A stretch of 63,103 bases of DNA, filler included, from Licmophora abbreviata (GCA_900291995.1; 5 parts of 5 records of this genome joined end to end with filler, not necessarily neighbours in it); one strand, 5' to 3'. Positions 49,750-62,657 are shown, counted from the whole stretch's first letter. Numbers and translations: made by a program. The notes: a model not told the origin generated them from the letters alone.

Positions 49750-51087
49750 CTAGAACCCACCATACACTACTCGAATGGACTTTGGGTCGATCATGTACTT
49801 GTTTTCGCTTCTCGCAGTTCTAGTCTTCATCAGAGTAAAGGCGACAACTCCCGCATTGACGACCTTATTCTTTTTCGAAATGTGATTCACTTCATACGGG
49901 AGAAAGGTGCGAAAGAACGATCGAAAGTAAATGGAGTGTCCTCCGACAATGACATTGTCGTCCTTGACAGCTGGTGAAAAAACAAAATCGCAGAATTCCG
50001 TCATGCGCAAGAGGCCATTCGTTGCAACTGGCTTGTTGCCCGTGTGCAAACTCATGTCGGTCTGATTGGAAAAGATTCCTTGAAAGTCACAAACCTTGGA
50101 CGTACGATCAATCCACGACGCTGTCACCGCCGTGTGCGATGGTGTAATACTGAGCGTATCTGGATTCCGCGAGATTTCCTGAAGACTGGGTACAATGAGG
50201 ATCTTGTCGTCGGGTCGTCGTGCGAGACGGTCGCGGAAGCCGGCAGCCATGGTGGAAATGGCACGACGCAGGTTGCTGCACAAGATTTGCGAGGACGGTG
50301 CGCCTGGATCGGCTCGGAGGGTGGCCACGAGACCTTCATCGACATGGGGTGTCTTGCGAAGGAACATTGCCAACTCATCGACTTGTCCAAGGCCCAAGTA
50401 CGACAATGGTGAATCAAAGAACCAGCTGGGTGCACCATAAAGTCGTAAGCAGAAAAGGGTGCGGTGAGTGTGAGGCAATACTTTGAGAAATCACACGAAC
50501 ATCATACATTTGATATACGCAAGACGCATGCGCAACCAAATAGTGAACATACCTATCCATCTTTCCGCTTAGAACAAGATACAACTCATACGAGAAAGAC
50601 TTGATAAGCCCTGGAAGGAAGCCAATCACAAAGACCAAGGCTGACCTGTGTTTCCCCTTGTTGAATGTGTCGTTCCAGGTACTCTCTAAATATGGGGCCG
50701 CGCAGAGAGATTGTGGTTTGCCAATGAGTAAAGACTTTACAGTAGCCCCTGGAAACGCTACAAGGCAGAAAACACTGGCAATGACGACTCGATAGGTCCT
50801 CGACTTGACTCACCGCCATGTCGTACAAAATACACAGTCTTTCTCTCAATTTTCGCCTCATTTTTTCCAATGAGTGGAGCAAAGAATATCTTGGGATCCT
50901 GCGGTTTCTTCCAGGACTTGTCGTTGCAAAACATCAGGTACAAGATTCCCTTGAAGGTCAAACGGAGCTTGTAGAGCAGCGTCGGTAGATTGAACAGAAG
51001 CATGCCACAGGCCAACACAAGTACGGCACGTGAAACGTGGTTTTCTACAGCCCAATCCATAAATCCACTGAGCGAGTATTCCTCCAT
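49750..51087 (-). CDS. Histidine phosphatase superfamily (PGM-like) protein with N-terminal TM, 3 exons
   Basis: YFVRHG|ESTWN, DSPLS..G..Q, SNLRRAIST, LQEISRNPD, IVGGHS..FR, NAGVV. Confidence 0.85.
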
Positions 51088-51488
51088 GGTGGATACACGA
51101 AGCGAAGAGAAAGCATCAGACACACGCATGGCTGCTTCGGGTACTTGCTGACAAAGGAAAAAGATACGACTTTCACCTTGCGACTCGACTCGACTCGACT
51201 CGACGGCACCCTTCCCACCATGTTCAATGTCGCCGTGGTGGAGCACAGACAGAACTCAGATGCTCTGCTTTTCGAGACGGGATGTGGACTTCGTCTGACT
51301 GCGAGCGAGAAGACATAGTCACACACAGACAATGACGGCTTGCGTAGAACACACGTAGAGTTTGTACTGGTTCATTCAAACAGGACGCCGTCACTCTTGT
51401 CAACGAAGCACAAAAAGTCCAACGAGGTCGTTGCAGTCGTCGCCGTCGTTGTCATCGTCTTCTTCTTGCGTGTGTTATTAAGGCTACA

Positions 51489-52040
51489 ATGAGTCGCGCA
51501 GATCGCATTGAATACAGTGAAAAGTATGCGGATGATCACAATGAGTATCGGTAAGAGCGAGGGAGCGGAAAAGAAAGCAGTCAAGCATCACGCATGCTTT
51601 TTTCGGACGACTGGTGACAGCAGTACTCGCTCTACTCAAGCTTACGTGCTCTCCCTTGTGCTACTCTTGTTTTACTCTGTAGGCATGTGATTCTTCCCAA
51701 GGAGATCGCCAAGACGCTTCCCAAGGGACGTCTCTTGACTGAAACGGAGTGGCGCAATCTCGGAGTCCAGCAGAGTCGAGGGTGGCAGCAATATGCTGTT
51801 CATCGGTGAGTTCGCGTCCTGGTGACTGTGGGTCTTGCTCGAGCCTTTCTGCACGATGGCCTTCTCGCGCTGATGATTGTCGCTGCCTCTCTTTTTTGAT
51901 ATTGAAACAGCCCGGAGCCCCACATTCTTCTCTTCCGTCGTCCGCTCGGAACGGATCCGCAGACTGGACGAATCGATGCAGAGTTGGAGCGTCAAGCCCG
52001 CGAAGAGTACAAGCACCAGTTCGGTCTCTCGCGAAAGTAG
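51489..52040 (+). CDS. CKS1: Cyclin-dependent kinase regulatory subunit, 3 exons
   Basis: Manual splice: [74 protein letters not shown]. Not in the ORF track. Confidence 0.96.
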
Positions 52041-52599
52041 TAGATGCGCCAAAATCGTGGGTGTGTCTTTCTCCAAGGGACACGGCATTAGGTGGATGGG
52101 ATTGGATCTTGTCGTCGCGGTGCTGCGGTCGTCCTCATACATGTTGAAGGTTTGCGAGGTTTATGGCTTGCAAGAGCATCGAGCCAATGCGCTACTCTCT
52201 CTTCTCTCTAGATAATGACGTAGTGTAGTGCTGCTTGCTTTTGAAGATCTGTCGGTCGTCTATTTTACATATAGAGTGCCTTTTGTTCTGTTGATGAGGA
52301 GTAGTTGATGTGACTAGTCCCTGCGCTCGTCGCAGTCAATCTCGAGATCCACTCTAGTCTATAGGTATGCTTCACGAACTGAATCTTACTCGCTGGATGT
52401 CCTCACTGTAGGTATCATTTGTGATGGCTAGACGTTCTACATGGCATACTCGAGGAGCGATACATACCTCAGTGGATGCGAGTTGCTAGCTACTTGGAGC
52501 AGCGCTCTATCGTTACAAGCGGGCATGATGGCTCGTCTGCTTCTAATCAGTATTCATCAATCAAACAATTTCGTTACCACAGTTTTTCTCTCATACGAT

Positions 52600-53812
52600 C
52601 TACTCGCTCTCTGCTTGTCGCTTTTGCTTCATCTTGAGTCCTTCTTCGGGGTGCGTCAGACTGGAGTTANNNNNNNNNNNNNNNNNNNNNNNNNNNNNNN
52701 NNNNNNNNNNNNNTTAATTAATTAANNNNNNNNNNNNNNNNNNNNNNNNNNNNNNNNNNNNNNNNNNNNCCTTGTCCTTGCACGTCGCCGGCGTCCTTCG
52801 TGTCGCGCGGGAAGTACTCCTCGTCACGCAATTCCATGTCTTCATAGAGTTCCTCGTCTGTTGCTAGCTGCTTGAAATCCTTGCTGCACTCGAGGGCATG
52901 AACCGCTGCAAGTTCCGCCCGATCGATGGCTGAATCGGCAATGGTCGCGACCTCGTCCGCCGTCAGGGCGCGCACCTTCTTGGCCGGCGATCCAGCCCAC
53001 AACTCGCCGCTCTTGACGGTCGTACCTGGTGTCACCATGGCACCTGGTTCCAGTATGGAGTGAGACTCAATAGTGGCACCATCCATGACTTGTACCGATG
53101 CGCCAATCACGACATCGTTCTGAATAGTAGCGGCGTGAATCAAGGCGCAGGGTCCGATCGTTACATTGCTGCCAATGGAGGTGGCAAAGTCTCCTTGGAT
53201 CTTGGCCACATGGACGACAGCACGGTCTCCAATGTTGGTATTGTCTCCAATCGTCACCTTGTTTACATCTCCTCGCACCGTCGCTCCGTACCAGACACTG
53301 CGACAGAAAACAAATAAAATTCATGGAGAGCGTGAGTGAAAAAGGCAGGTAGCTACAGCCAAATTGTTGTTATTGTATCACCACTCCAAATACTGCACGT
53401 ACCTGCTATTCTTGCCAATACTAACATCGCCAATTATGGAAGCCGACGGCGCCACAAACGTAGCGACTTGACTGACGACGGGCGCGACGCCATCGACAGC
53501 GACAAATCGAGTCGAAGGTACGAGCCGCTCCGTGTACTTGGCCACTTCCATATTTTTGCCCATACTGTCCAACATGGCGCTGTCAAAGAAACAAGGATAA
53601 AAAGTGAAAAGATTAGAAGTTTTCTAGTGTGAGATGTCAGATCGCTGCAGTTCGGCAGGAACAGTACACTCCACCAGCGCCCATCAGCGTACAAAGAGTA
53701 TGGATTCTTACGCGCGACACCCCCCCCAATCGAGAGACACGTCTTGCACTTACCCCATTCGTCTGGCGGCCGACGACGCAGCCAAAACTGCTCGTGCACC
53801 AATCGATGTCAT
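52600..53812 (-). CDS. Gamma carbonic anhydrase-like protein, mitochondrial (likely complex I CA module); interrupted by gap
   Basis: FVAPSASIIGDVSIG, VWYGATVRGDVN, IGDNTNIGD hexapeptide repeats, WAGSPAKKVR; tail NSSLTHPEEGLKMKQKRQAESE* lies left of the spacer. Confidence 0.88.
52670..52769. other. Artificial contig spacer / assembly gap
   Basis: N44-TTAATTAATTAA-N44. Confidence 0.98.
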
Positions 53813-54426
53813 CGCTAGGAAGAGTAGTCTTGCTGTGGTCAAGACCAACGCTGCGAAACAAGGACTGTAATACAATGAAGTCGAGCAAAGGCTTTTGCTG
53901 CGCGTGTGTTGTGTTGAAATATACTCCAGTACACCGCGACTTGCGCGCGTTGCAATCGGAGGCGATGAAGGACAGACACCCCGAAGAAAGAACATTCAGT
54001 CATTCAACATTGCCGCCTTAAGGTTCTGGGAAGATTCCTTGCCATATTCAACATGAACGATCCCAAGTAACTAGAGTGTGGCGTGAAGCGACGAGGCTGT
54101 CCAGAAACAGCGAGACGACCGAGATTGAAGACTGCCCAGTCGTCAAGTACCAAGTTGCGTTGCGTAAGCGCGACTTCGTCTTCTTTCGAAAACAACAAGG
54201 GACTTCAGCGTGTCGTTCCATCATTGAACTGCGTTGATTGCCCTGATAAAGCTACCCGCATGGATTTTCAGCATGTGCGTGCAAACATTCTAAAGAGGGG
54301 AATGTATGCTGTCGACGGTTCATGCTTTTCAAGTTCCTCAAGTTGTTGTGACCTATAAATTCTGTTTATCTTCTTCTCAAATAGACTTACCAGGCTCCCG
54401 CCTTACTGGCAAAACAATTTGAAGTA

Positions 54427-55465
54427 TTGTGGTTTCATATTTACCTGACGGCGCTGGCAATTAACAATGGGGAAGTCATACGACATGTGAAGCAACCGAG
54501 ACATTGCATGCCGTTTCTACGACGATCACTCGAGTACATTCGTGTGCTGGAGGATAGACCGCCGAAGCGAAGGGCGCAAACCAATGGGATTGTGAAGCCA
54601 CACACGAGTGATGCTATTGCTCACTTTCGCAAGAAGAACGGCACGTTCAATCTTCTATATGTTTGTTTCAAGCACAAGACCAGAATGTACAACGATGCCT
54701 TTCTCTCGACACCTCGAAAGCGAACAAGAAAATATCTGATAGCCAAGGTAGCATACGACGACAGTTCGGAAGGACGGCACGAGTGTTTGGCACTAGATAG
54801 TGCTGCTTACAGGGGATACGGCCATCGTGGGAACGAGTCTGAGAACGATCCCGTTGCAACAATTGTACTGCCCACAAGTCGTCACCTAAGATTCGAAAGC
54901 GTAGCGCAGCAGATATATCGAAAGCTGGTATGGACTTGCCGCTGCGTGGTCTAGTCGAATGCAGCATCGATTGTCGCGGACAGCGCGACTCGTCCACATC
55001 GATACAGACGCAGTCGCTCTCGCAGCAGTCGACTTCGGACGCTGGTGGCACTACTGACGTTGATGCGTTTGAAAACGTTGCAGAAGAGCCTGCGCCATCA
55101 TCTAGTCTTGAACGCAACGATGGATGTATCCCTACGCAGGAGAGGAAAGTATTCTTTCATTTCTTGTTTTGGGATTCACAGTCAGCGCTCCCTGTTGCGC
55201 AGGTAGAACCTCGCACGGACCGACGTTGTCCCATTTGCAACGACAACGCTGTACGTAACCAGGCTCGCACACAGGTTAGTAAGTTGGAACCCGGCGCTCG
55301 ACGGTGTTTCGATGTTAAGCGCCTACTCAGTACTAGTCCATGACTTTAAATGGGCACGTTTAGCAAAGCGCTTACTGTACTACCGAACTGTATGCCAAGT
55401 TGTGTTTTTTAGCTGAAATCTGTGTCGAAAGAAGGATCGTATGCTATCATTGGAGGAGAGGTCTA
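54427..55465 (+). pseudogene. SUZ12/EMF2-like fragment (frame-disrupted, no VEFS box seen)
   Basis: PFLRRSLEYI and KVFFHFLF...EPRTDRRCPIC recall SUZ12 N-terminal and zinc-finger-adjacent motifs; frame change at 54843-54954. Confidence 0.35.
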
Positions 55466-55709
55466 AGCTAGACAGTCTTCCGCGGACGAGTCGAGTCGAA
55501 TCAGTCGCCATGAACAAAACACGCGTCTCTTGGCCGCTGGACCGCGCCGCTTCGTCGCCCACACACATTGAACATGACGCGACGACGACCGCGAGGATCT
55601 CTACACAAAGATACGGCGAGCGGTGAAGCGGCAATCATATCCCTCCACCGTCAGTGACGCTCGGTGGTAGTTTCTTTTTGCCGTGAAGGTGCTTATCTTT
55701 TTGAAACGA

Positions 55710-57041
55710 ATGATGTGGTCATTCCGAATCGATGTCCTCGTGGGCGGGCTTCTATTGGTTGCTGCTGGAGGGGCGTTGACGCTATGTGAGGCCTTTTCTG
55801 TTCCCGACTTTGCACGGTCTCGTTCACTCCAGATTCGAAACCAGGGGAACTCTCGTGCAACTTCTTTCCTCCTCTCCGCCGTGTCCTCAAACGAAGATCT
55901 CTCGCCTGGCATCATGGCGATTGATGCCTCGAACGAGGAACTATTTGCAAAGCTTGAGGCGCTGCGCGAGCAACCATACTTTCGGCTTTACAGCGTTGAT
56001 ATGCTGGCAAGTTGTGAATACATTCCACAAGAACTCTTTGAATGTTACAGCGAAACTTGTGAAGTCTATCCAGTGGAAGACGAAACGGTACGTGTGCTTT
56101 GGGAGTAGTGTGTTTTCAGACTATTTTCAGACGAATAGTCATGAACAAGGAGCCTAACAGCGGCACCCTGTCGTCATTCACTCCCGTAGGTCCCTAACGC
56201 CATCAAGGAAGCTGATTTCAGAGAGCATACGTTCCAGCTGGATGGATGGGCACGGTGGGATATGCCCAGTGAAGACTACTATGACACAGAAGAGTTCCCG
56301 GAGAGTTACACTGGCTATGACGGGGCCGAAGTATGGAACTTCATCCACGATCGTATTTGCTTCGAAGGATATGGTTACAACGATGATCACTGGAAAGCAG
56401 TCTTCAACAAGGCTGTGTCGGGGCTTCATGCAATGGTTTCGGCGCAAGTAATTAGTGGGATTCAAGATAAGATCAATTCTGGCGAGGAGTTCACCGACGC
56501 GGAAGCATGGACCGACGCCTCTGTCGAATTTGGGCGACGCTTGGGCCCAGACGGGGAGACACCTCTTGCGCTAGAAAACCTTTATTTCAGCTACATGCTG
56601 CTGTTGAGCGCAGCGTCGCGAGTTAAAGAACGGCTATTGTCAGATTGTCAAGGCGAGAATGTCGACGAACATTCAGCAGAGGACCTTCCGGCAATCCTAT
56701 CGTTCCCGCTTCTGAATGATCCTGATGTGGCGATGGCCTCAAAAAAGCTCCACGATCATGCTGTAAAGGATGCCGATTCAGCCGGTACACTATGGGAGGC
56801 TCGGCTGCGGACTCGAGACCTCTTTCGAGTCATAAATTGCGTCCAATGCAACAAGTGTCGACTGCATGGAAAAATAGCAGCTATGGGACTATCGACGGCG
56901 CTACAGATTCTCGTAGGGAAGAGTGGCGATGGTGGAGATGCGACTCCATTGCATCGAGTGGAGTTGGCTGCGCTGATGAGTACGTTATACAAGTTTTCTC
57001 GGGCGATCGAGACTTGCAGAACGATGAAGAAAGTTCTATAG
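55710..57041 (+). CDS. ERO1: ERO1-like sulfhydryl oxidase, 2 exons
   Basis: YFRLYSVD...C-x9-CYSETC, PESYTGY, VSGLH, NLYF.Y, NCVQCNKCRLHGK; intron at about 56088-56189. Confidence 0.88.
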
Positions 57042-57207
57042 TTATTGCTCCGTATAGTTCAGCTCAGTGTGCTCTAGGTGCAGTGGCTATAATGGTGCGG
57101 ACGTAGCCGGTAGAAAGTGAGCTACACTTTAGGTGAAACAACTATCTATAGTTAATATGTATGGACCAAATTCAGCGGCGTGTCGAAACGAGCGATCTTG
57201 AAACCTC

Positions 57208-59302
57208 CTAGCCGGTCGTGTAAGCATGGCCAGAGCTCAACCTGCCCTGTCCGCCCTTTGATAGCGAAGCAGTCTGTGACATGATCAGGTCAGCTGTTGC
57301 GGGTGTCGGCTTCGTCGGATCGTAAGGCGAGCTTGGGTTGTTGATCAGCGTCACGCAGAAGCACTTGGCGATCTTGTCCTCGTCTCGTATGAGAGCCACG
57401 CTGAGGCCAAGACCCCCGCGTTCTTTCATCTTCCCGCGAAGGACGCACGGCTTAGGTGGCTGATTTGCCAACCGAGCGTCTGCGGGAGGTGAAATCATCT
57501 GGCTTATCAGATCAAACGCCTGCTGGAGATCTTCCTGGCTCGTCAAGTTGAAGACCGTCATGGAACACACTTCTTGCTTTGTGAAGCCGGATAGCTGACA
57601 GAAAAGACTGTTACAATCAATGAAGGCTCCACCCATGGATGCAATCGCCTGGAAATCGATTGTGAAAAGCACAGTTAGTAGCCATGTTCTAACCTTCTTT
57701 CCAGCAGCGTGGAAACAAACACCCATGACGCTTACCATTCCTACGGAGCAGGAGTTGAAAACGAATCGATACTCGTGCTCGGCAATAGACGGTGACAGTG
57801 CCGAGTCGACATCTGCTGGCGAACTCGACGCGTCGCTCGACGCGCCTTGAAACGACATGGCGGATTTGGGAGGAACTCCGCCAAAGTTTCCAAGCGACCA
57901 CACGCCATTCTGAGCGGCAACGTGTCGCACCGCCGTTGCCGCCTGAGAACCTAGAGCCCCTCCTCCAATCATCTGCACCTGTTGAACAAGTTGATGTCGA
58001 TCTCTGCATATTGGCCAAGGCAACGACGTGCGTCGTGAGAAACAGAACAGCGAAGAACAAGACTAATTCAATATTAATAAACGTACATTTCAGACCTGTA
58101 TTGATGCTGTTGCAACACGCGAATGTAGTTCGCAGCTTCACTCAGTACAGAGCTCTTGGTACCTTTGGGTACGATGACACCCCCACTGGACAAAAGGTTA
58201 CGCAACTCTGTTATTTGCTTGGAGATTCGGAAGCTTCTCTCTTTCTCACGTGCGTTGCGTTCTTCTCGTTTGCTCTCGTCCAACTTCTTCTTTCGTTTTT
58301 TGGGTCTTCCTATCGTCCTTTCATCGAATGGTTCAGCGTTGTCGGATGAATCTAGAGGCAAGATTTATACACAAGTAAGAACCAAGGCCCCGGGACATTA
58401 CATGCCTTTCGTATTGCAGCGACGCCGCACTTACCGTCACTATTGTATCCGCCGCTATCATCTTCTCCGACACTACTACCTGCTGATCTCTTGCTTCTCG
58501 CCGACGAAGTTTTCGGTTTCGCTGACGGCTTCAAGTTAGCAGAAGACGATACTATATTTGAGTGGGAGAGGTGCGTGGGTGAGGATCGAATACACACTTG
58601 CATCAATTCGGAGTATTCCATAGTTGAAACGATCATACCTTGGTCCGCCGATTTCTCCGGCACAGACGAATACGAAGACGCAATGGAGTGGAGATTTGCA
58701 ACAGCTGCCGCCGCAGCAGCTTCGTGTGTGGGGATTGTCAACGATGACTTGCCTGTGGTACCACTAGAACTGCTGGTCGTACCGCCGCCAACGGGAGCGC
58801 TGACACTTTCGCGTACGGTCACTCCTCGTCGAGTCCGTGTCCCCGCACCGCGCGAGGCCATTAGTTCGGATGAAGATTTTTTGGATGGTCCCGAAGAAGT
58901 TCCATTGTCAGAGGGTGAACTGCTATCTCTGCTGCCGCCGTCTGAGCCACCCGATCCCCCAAGTGACGATGGATTTATCATAGCTTCGTCCGGGTCAAAG
59001 TTGAATCCAAACGATCCGTTTTCAATACTGACAAGAGCAGAGTTGTCTGAGTTGTTTCCACTTCCATTTGAAGAGCCATTGCTTCCGCCGAGACTGCTCG
59101 TCTTTCGTCCCAGAGCCTTAATCAAGCTCATGGGAAGGACGGCAGAGGAGCTGTCGCTCGTGTTGGCCGATTTGGATGGATCCGCTTCCTTCACTTCGCC
59201 ATCTTCGCTTGCCGCCTTTGCTGATGCTTTACTGTCTTCGAGAAGAACCTTAGCCCTCTCGTCTTTGGGGTCAGGAGGAGATCCTGATGTGGCGCTGTTC
59301 AT
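57208..59302 (-). CDS. bHLH-PAS transcription factor (same family as diatom RITMO1/bHLH1a), about 5 exons
   Basis: KREERNAREKERSFRISKQITELRNLL...KSSVLSEAANYIRVLQ (bHLH); YRFVFNSCSVGM|AIASMGGAFIDCNSLFCQLSGFTKQEV (PAS). Confidence 0.9.
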
Positions 59303-60072
59303 GGTTGAAGCCTCAGAGTCGAAATGAGAACGAGGCTGATGACAGGAAGCGAAGGAAAACGTCAGTATGACGCACTTTCAATTAACGATACACTTAAGGA
59401 TACTGGCTCGGCCAATCAGATCGCCGCAAGCTGATGACGATGAAAAGTGAATCTCGTGAAAGGGTGGGAGCTCACCTTGAAGTTGCGTTGGCGATGCTAC
59501 GTCTCTCTCTCTCGGAACCAATTTCGATCGTCCGCTCTATCAATCAAAGCAGTGGGACTACTAGAATGTATAGAGACGTGGCTCTGTGCTGGTCTAAGCT
59601 TGCTATAGTGAGACGAATGATGATGGTGATGTGCTGCTCCGGATCGTCTGGTTGTGTGGCTTGTTCTGTGAGATCAATGTGTAGGGTTCCGTAGAAATGA
59701 GTGCGTTGCTACTGGCCACGTCATTCATCCAAAACAGGTTTTTATCATGAATCAATACTGATGATAAACAAGTGAAGGTCTCACGCACTTGCTAGCTTCG
59801 TCCTGCCGGCGTCGGTCGTGAAGTTTGAAGTTTTGGTCTGGACGCATCTTTTACTTTTGCGACCTGCGACCTGCGACCTCTGCAACCTCATCTCGTCGCA
59901 TCTTTCATATAATATATATACCTTACACACACATCGTCGCAAGTGACAAGTGATCTACCTCGCCGCCCCCACCGCCGTGTGATTTATCATAGCAATCAGC
60001 GCATTGTGATTGAAACGCCATGAGGCTGTAGCAAAGAGAACGCAGCCCGCCATCACTGTTTGATTAGTCTCA

Positions 60073-61383
60073 ATGCTCCTTACGCTAGCGCTGTCGCACT
60101 CCAGCTGTCGTCTCTTTGGCAGCACCTTCTGTCTCTGTATCGTTCTGTGCGCTATCCCCTCTCTAGCGTGGTTTTCCTCCTCGTATTACTCGCCTTTTAG
60201 CTCCAGAATGCCGACTCATGTTAGCATGTCGAGTGAAACATCCGGCGATACACCCTCAAAAGTAGTTATTGCTGGGGCTGGTGTTGTGGGAACGTCGACG
60301 GCCTACTATCTATGGGAGAATCATGGCATAGCATCAACTCTTGTGGATCCCACGGGACGAATCGCTCCAGCAGCGTCCGGCAAGGCAGGTGGATTCTTAG
60401 CGTTGGATTGGAACGAAATGAGTCCTGTGGGACCACTTGCTCGACGATCCTTTGAACTGCATCAGCAACTGGCTGACACATTTGGTGCCGATACACTGCA
60501 GTATCGGCATCTGACATGTGCGGCGGTCAGTGTTGATGCGTCGAAATCGAAGCAGCCTTCTGGAAAGAAACTCGGTGGCGTGGAATGGGCACAAGATGCG
60601 GAAGACGACAATACAGTTCTTGGTGTGCGTAACCTAGGAGACGAAAGCACTATTGCTCAAGTTCATCCCAAACTCCTCTGCGACACTCTCTGGAGTGCGG
60701 CGTCGAAAGCCCCGGGCGCTGACTTGGTGCAAGGCAAGCTCGTTTCGCCCGTGTTTGACGACGGGGTGCTGGTGGGCGCCAAGCTTGAGGATGGGACTGT
60801 GCTTGCAGCCGAAGCTATCTTGTTTGCCTGTGGACCCTGGGCTACCAACGTTATGAACGGTGTCAAATACCACAGTGTCGTCATCCCAACCCCGCGGGTT
60901 CTGAACCAAAGCGTGTTTTTCGATGGATACGGCGATCCTGAAGTTTACCCTAGGCCAGATTCAACAGCATACTGCACGGGCTTTCCTGACCCACCAATTG
61001 TCGTCGAAGAGTCACCAGGAGAAGAAGAAGTAAGATCAGAGGCGATAGCGAGGATAGTCAAGGCAGTGAGAGCTGCATCAGGCGGTACGAGCGAAGGGGC
61101 GGCCCTTGCGTCTGCGCAGGTGATCGAGCAGGCATGCTATCTTCCTACTTCCCCCGATGGTCTACCAGTTATGGGGCCTGTACCTCCCGAATCGGTCGGG
61201 GGTAATGGATGCTATGTTGCTGCTGGTCATAGTTGCCGGGGAATACTGCTCGGTCCGGCCTCCGGCGAATCCATGGCACGGCTAATTGCCACGGGGGCGA
61301 CTGACTCTGTGAGTCTTCGTCCCTTTGACCCAGCACGATTTCCAAGATTTAAGTTGGATAGACTATTGAAACCACGAGGTTAG
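60073..61383 (+). CDS. FAD-dependent oxidoreductase (DAO family, Tda3-like)
   Basis: VVIAGAGVVG, AASGKAGGFLALDW, AQVHP, PEVYPRPD, QACYLP, GHSCRGIL.GP.SG. Confidence 0.9.
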   Translation: MLLTLALSHSSCRLFGSTFCLCIVLCAIPSLAWFSSSYYSPFSSRMPTHVSMSSETSGDTPSKVVIAGAGVVGTSTAYYLWENHGIASTLVDPTGRIAPAASGKAGGFLALDWNEMSPVGPLARRSFELHQQLADTFGADTLQYRHLTCAAVSVDASKSKQPSGKKLGGVEWAQDAEDDNTVLGVRNLGDESTIAQVHPKLLCDTLWSAASKAPGADLVQGKLVSPVFDDGVLVGAKLEDGTVLAAEAILFACGPWATNVMNGVKYHSVVIPTPRVLNQSVFFDGYGDPEVYPRPDSTAYCTGFPDPPIVVEESPGEEEVRSEAIARIVKAVRAASGGTSEGAALASAQVIEQACYLPTSPDGLPVMGPVPPESVGGNGCYVAAGHSCRGILLGPASGESMARLIATGATDSVSLRPFDPARFPRFKLDRLLKPRG

Positions 61384-61570
61384 CTTCACAGTTTTCACTT
61401 GAACGTTAAAATGCTGCACTACGTTGCGCTGCATCGGCCTTGTTTTAAAGTCAATAGCGCACCTATTGCACTTTGTGACCATCAGAATATAGAATTCATT
61501 TGTATCCCCATTTTATTCACTTTTGGATGTTGTCGCATTCTGCTGTTGATTACGTTGACTCTGGCAACAC

Positions 61571-62657
61571 TTACAACGCGTCGAACCTGAGGTTTGTCAG
61601 AAAGTCAACCGTGTCGTCGTCGAGGGAGGATCCGAGCGAACGCAAGCTGGAGTGAAACACAGAGGCGGGGGCAGAGTGCTTGTCCTCTCCTGCTGTGCTT
61701 GCCAGGATGTCCTCGCAAGAGCGGATGTCATGGTCTCCCATTTCATCAAAGCTATGCTGTCCTTGGAGCGTCATGAGCGAGTCAGTCATTGTACGATCAT
61801 GACGATCGCCCGTGCTCTGACGAATCTGGAGGGTTTCTTCGTGATATTCGGGGGCCGACCGAATAGACGTGATGGAAGTTCCAAATGTGTCCATCCAGTT
61901 TTCATCTCCAAAATGCACGTGACGATGGTCACGAGATTGTGGCGGTGACAGAGGAAGAGGTTCGAGATGACGGTGTAGGTCGTCGAGGTGGTGGAAAGGC
62001 CCTGGGTCGGACTGGCGGCGTTCCAAAATCGGGTGGCTATGATGTACCAGGGCGCGACTGGGCCATGTGAGAGACGCGCTCCTCTTGGGGGTCAGTTCTT
62101 GTTTGGTCATATCCATCACAACTGGATCGGGCTCGTGAGAGCGAGCGGCGACAGGCACAATGTCCTTCTCACGGGAAGCCAAAGCTTCGGCCTCATCCTT
62201 CTTTTTTTTGTCGCCAGACGACCATTTCCTTGGTGTAGCGGGCCTTTTCTTCGGCTGCCTCGCCTTCAAACCTGGTGCGGGTGTTCGGGTCGATCGCTTT
62301 CCATTTGCCGGCAATCGTCTTAGCTAGGTTTGCAAATCCGATGCCCGATGACCTCTGGTGGTTTCGAGACGGTGTCAAGCTACCATTGCCCGACCTGGCG
62401 CTCTGAAGCAGCTGTTCCCTCTCATGCTGGAAGAACAAATTATACGCAGAGAGAGGGCGTTTTGGCATGTCCTTGGGCTTCTTCCAAGGAACCTTGGGAG
62501 GACGTCGCTTCTTCCTCGTCTTTTCGTTGCCTTTCTGGTTCGAGGCCTTTTGCCCCTTGGGCATGGCCTGAGACGCGCTGTTGCTGAAGAGATCCGGCGG
62601 CAATTCCATTCTGGAAGGGTTTCTCTGCTGTCTTCCTTCAGTTTTATGCCGAAACAT
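61571..62657 (-). CDS. HMG-box transcription factor; apparent frameshift in an A8 run at 62202-62209
   Basis: KKPKDMPKRPLSAYNLFF, GFANLAKTIAGKWK, EKARYTKEM..W; continues in another frame as KKKDEAEALAS... Confidence 0.88.

Noticed and set aside
20250..52769. Four identical TTAATTAATTAA palindromes flanked by Ns
   Set aside because: Fixed 100-nt six-frame-stop spacer added during scaffolding; not biological.
58443..59327. Long antisense ORFs (also 7062-7637, 5673-6341, 11346-11732, 13041-13481)
   Set aside because: Shadows of real genes on the opposite strand. The similarity between the two PHGDH antisense ORFs only reflects the inverted repeat.
59858..59920. (GCGACCT)3 and TA-rich run; other microsatellites such as (CGACT)n at ~51181 and (CTGT)n at ~42271
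   Set aside because: Simple low-copy repeats without spacers; not CRISPR-like.
62193..62209. Slippery-site recoding or TGA readthrough after the HMG box
   Set aside because: Removing one A from the A8 run restores the frame; no stimulatory structure or SECIS noticed.
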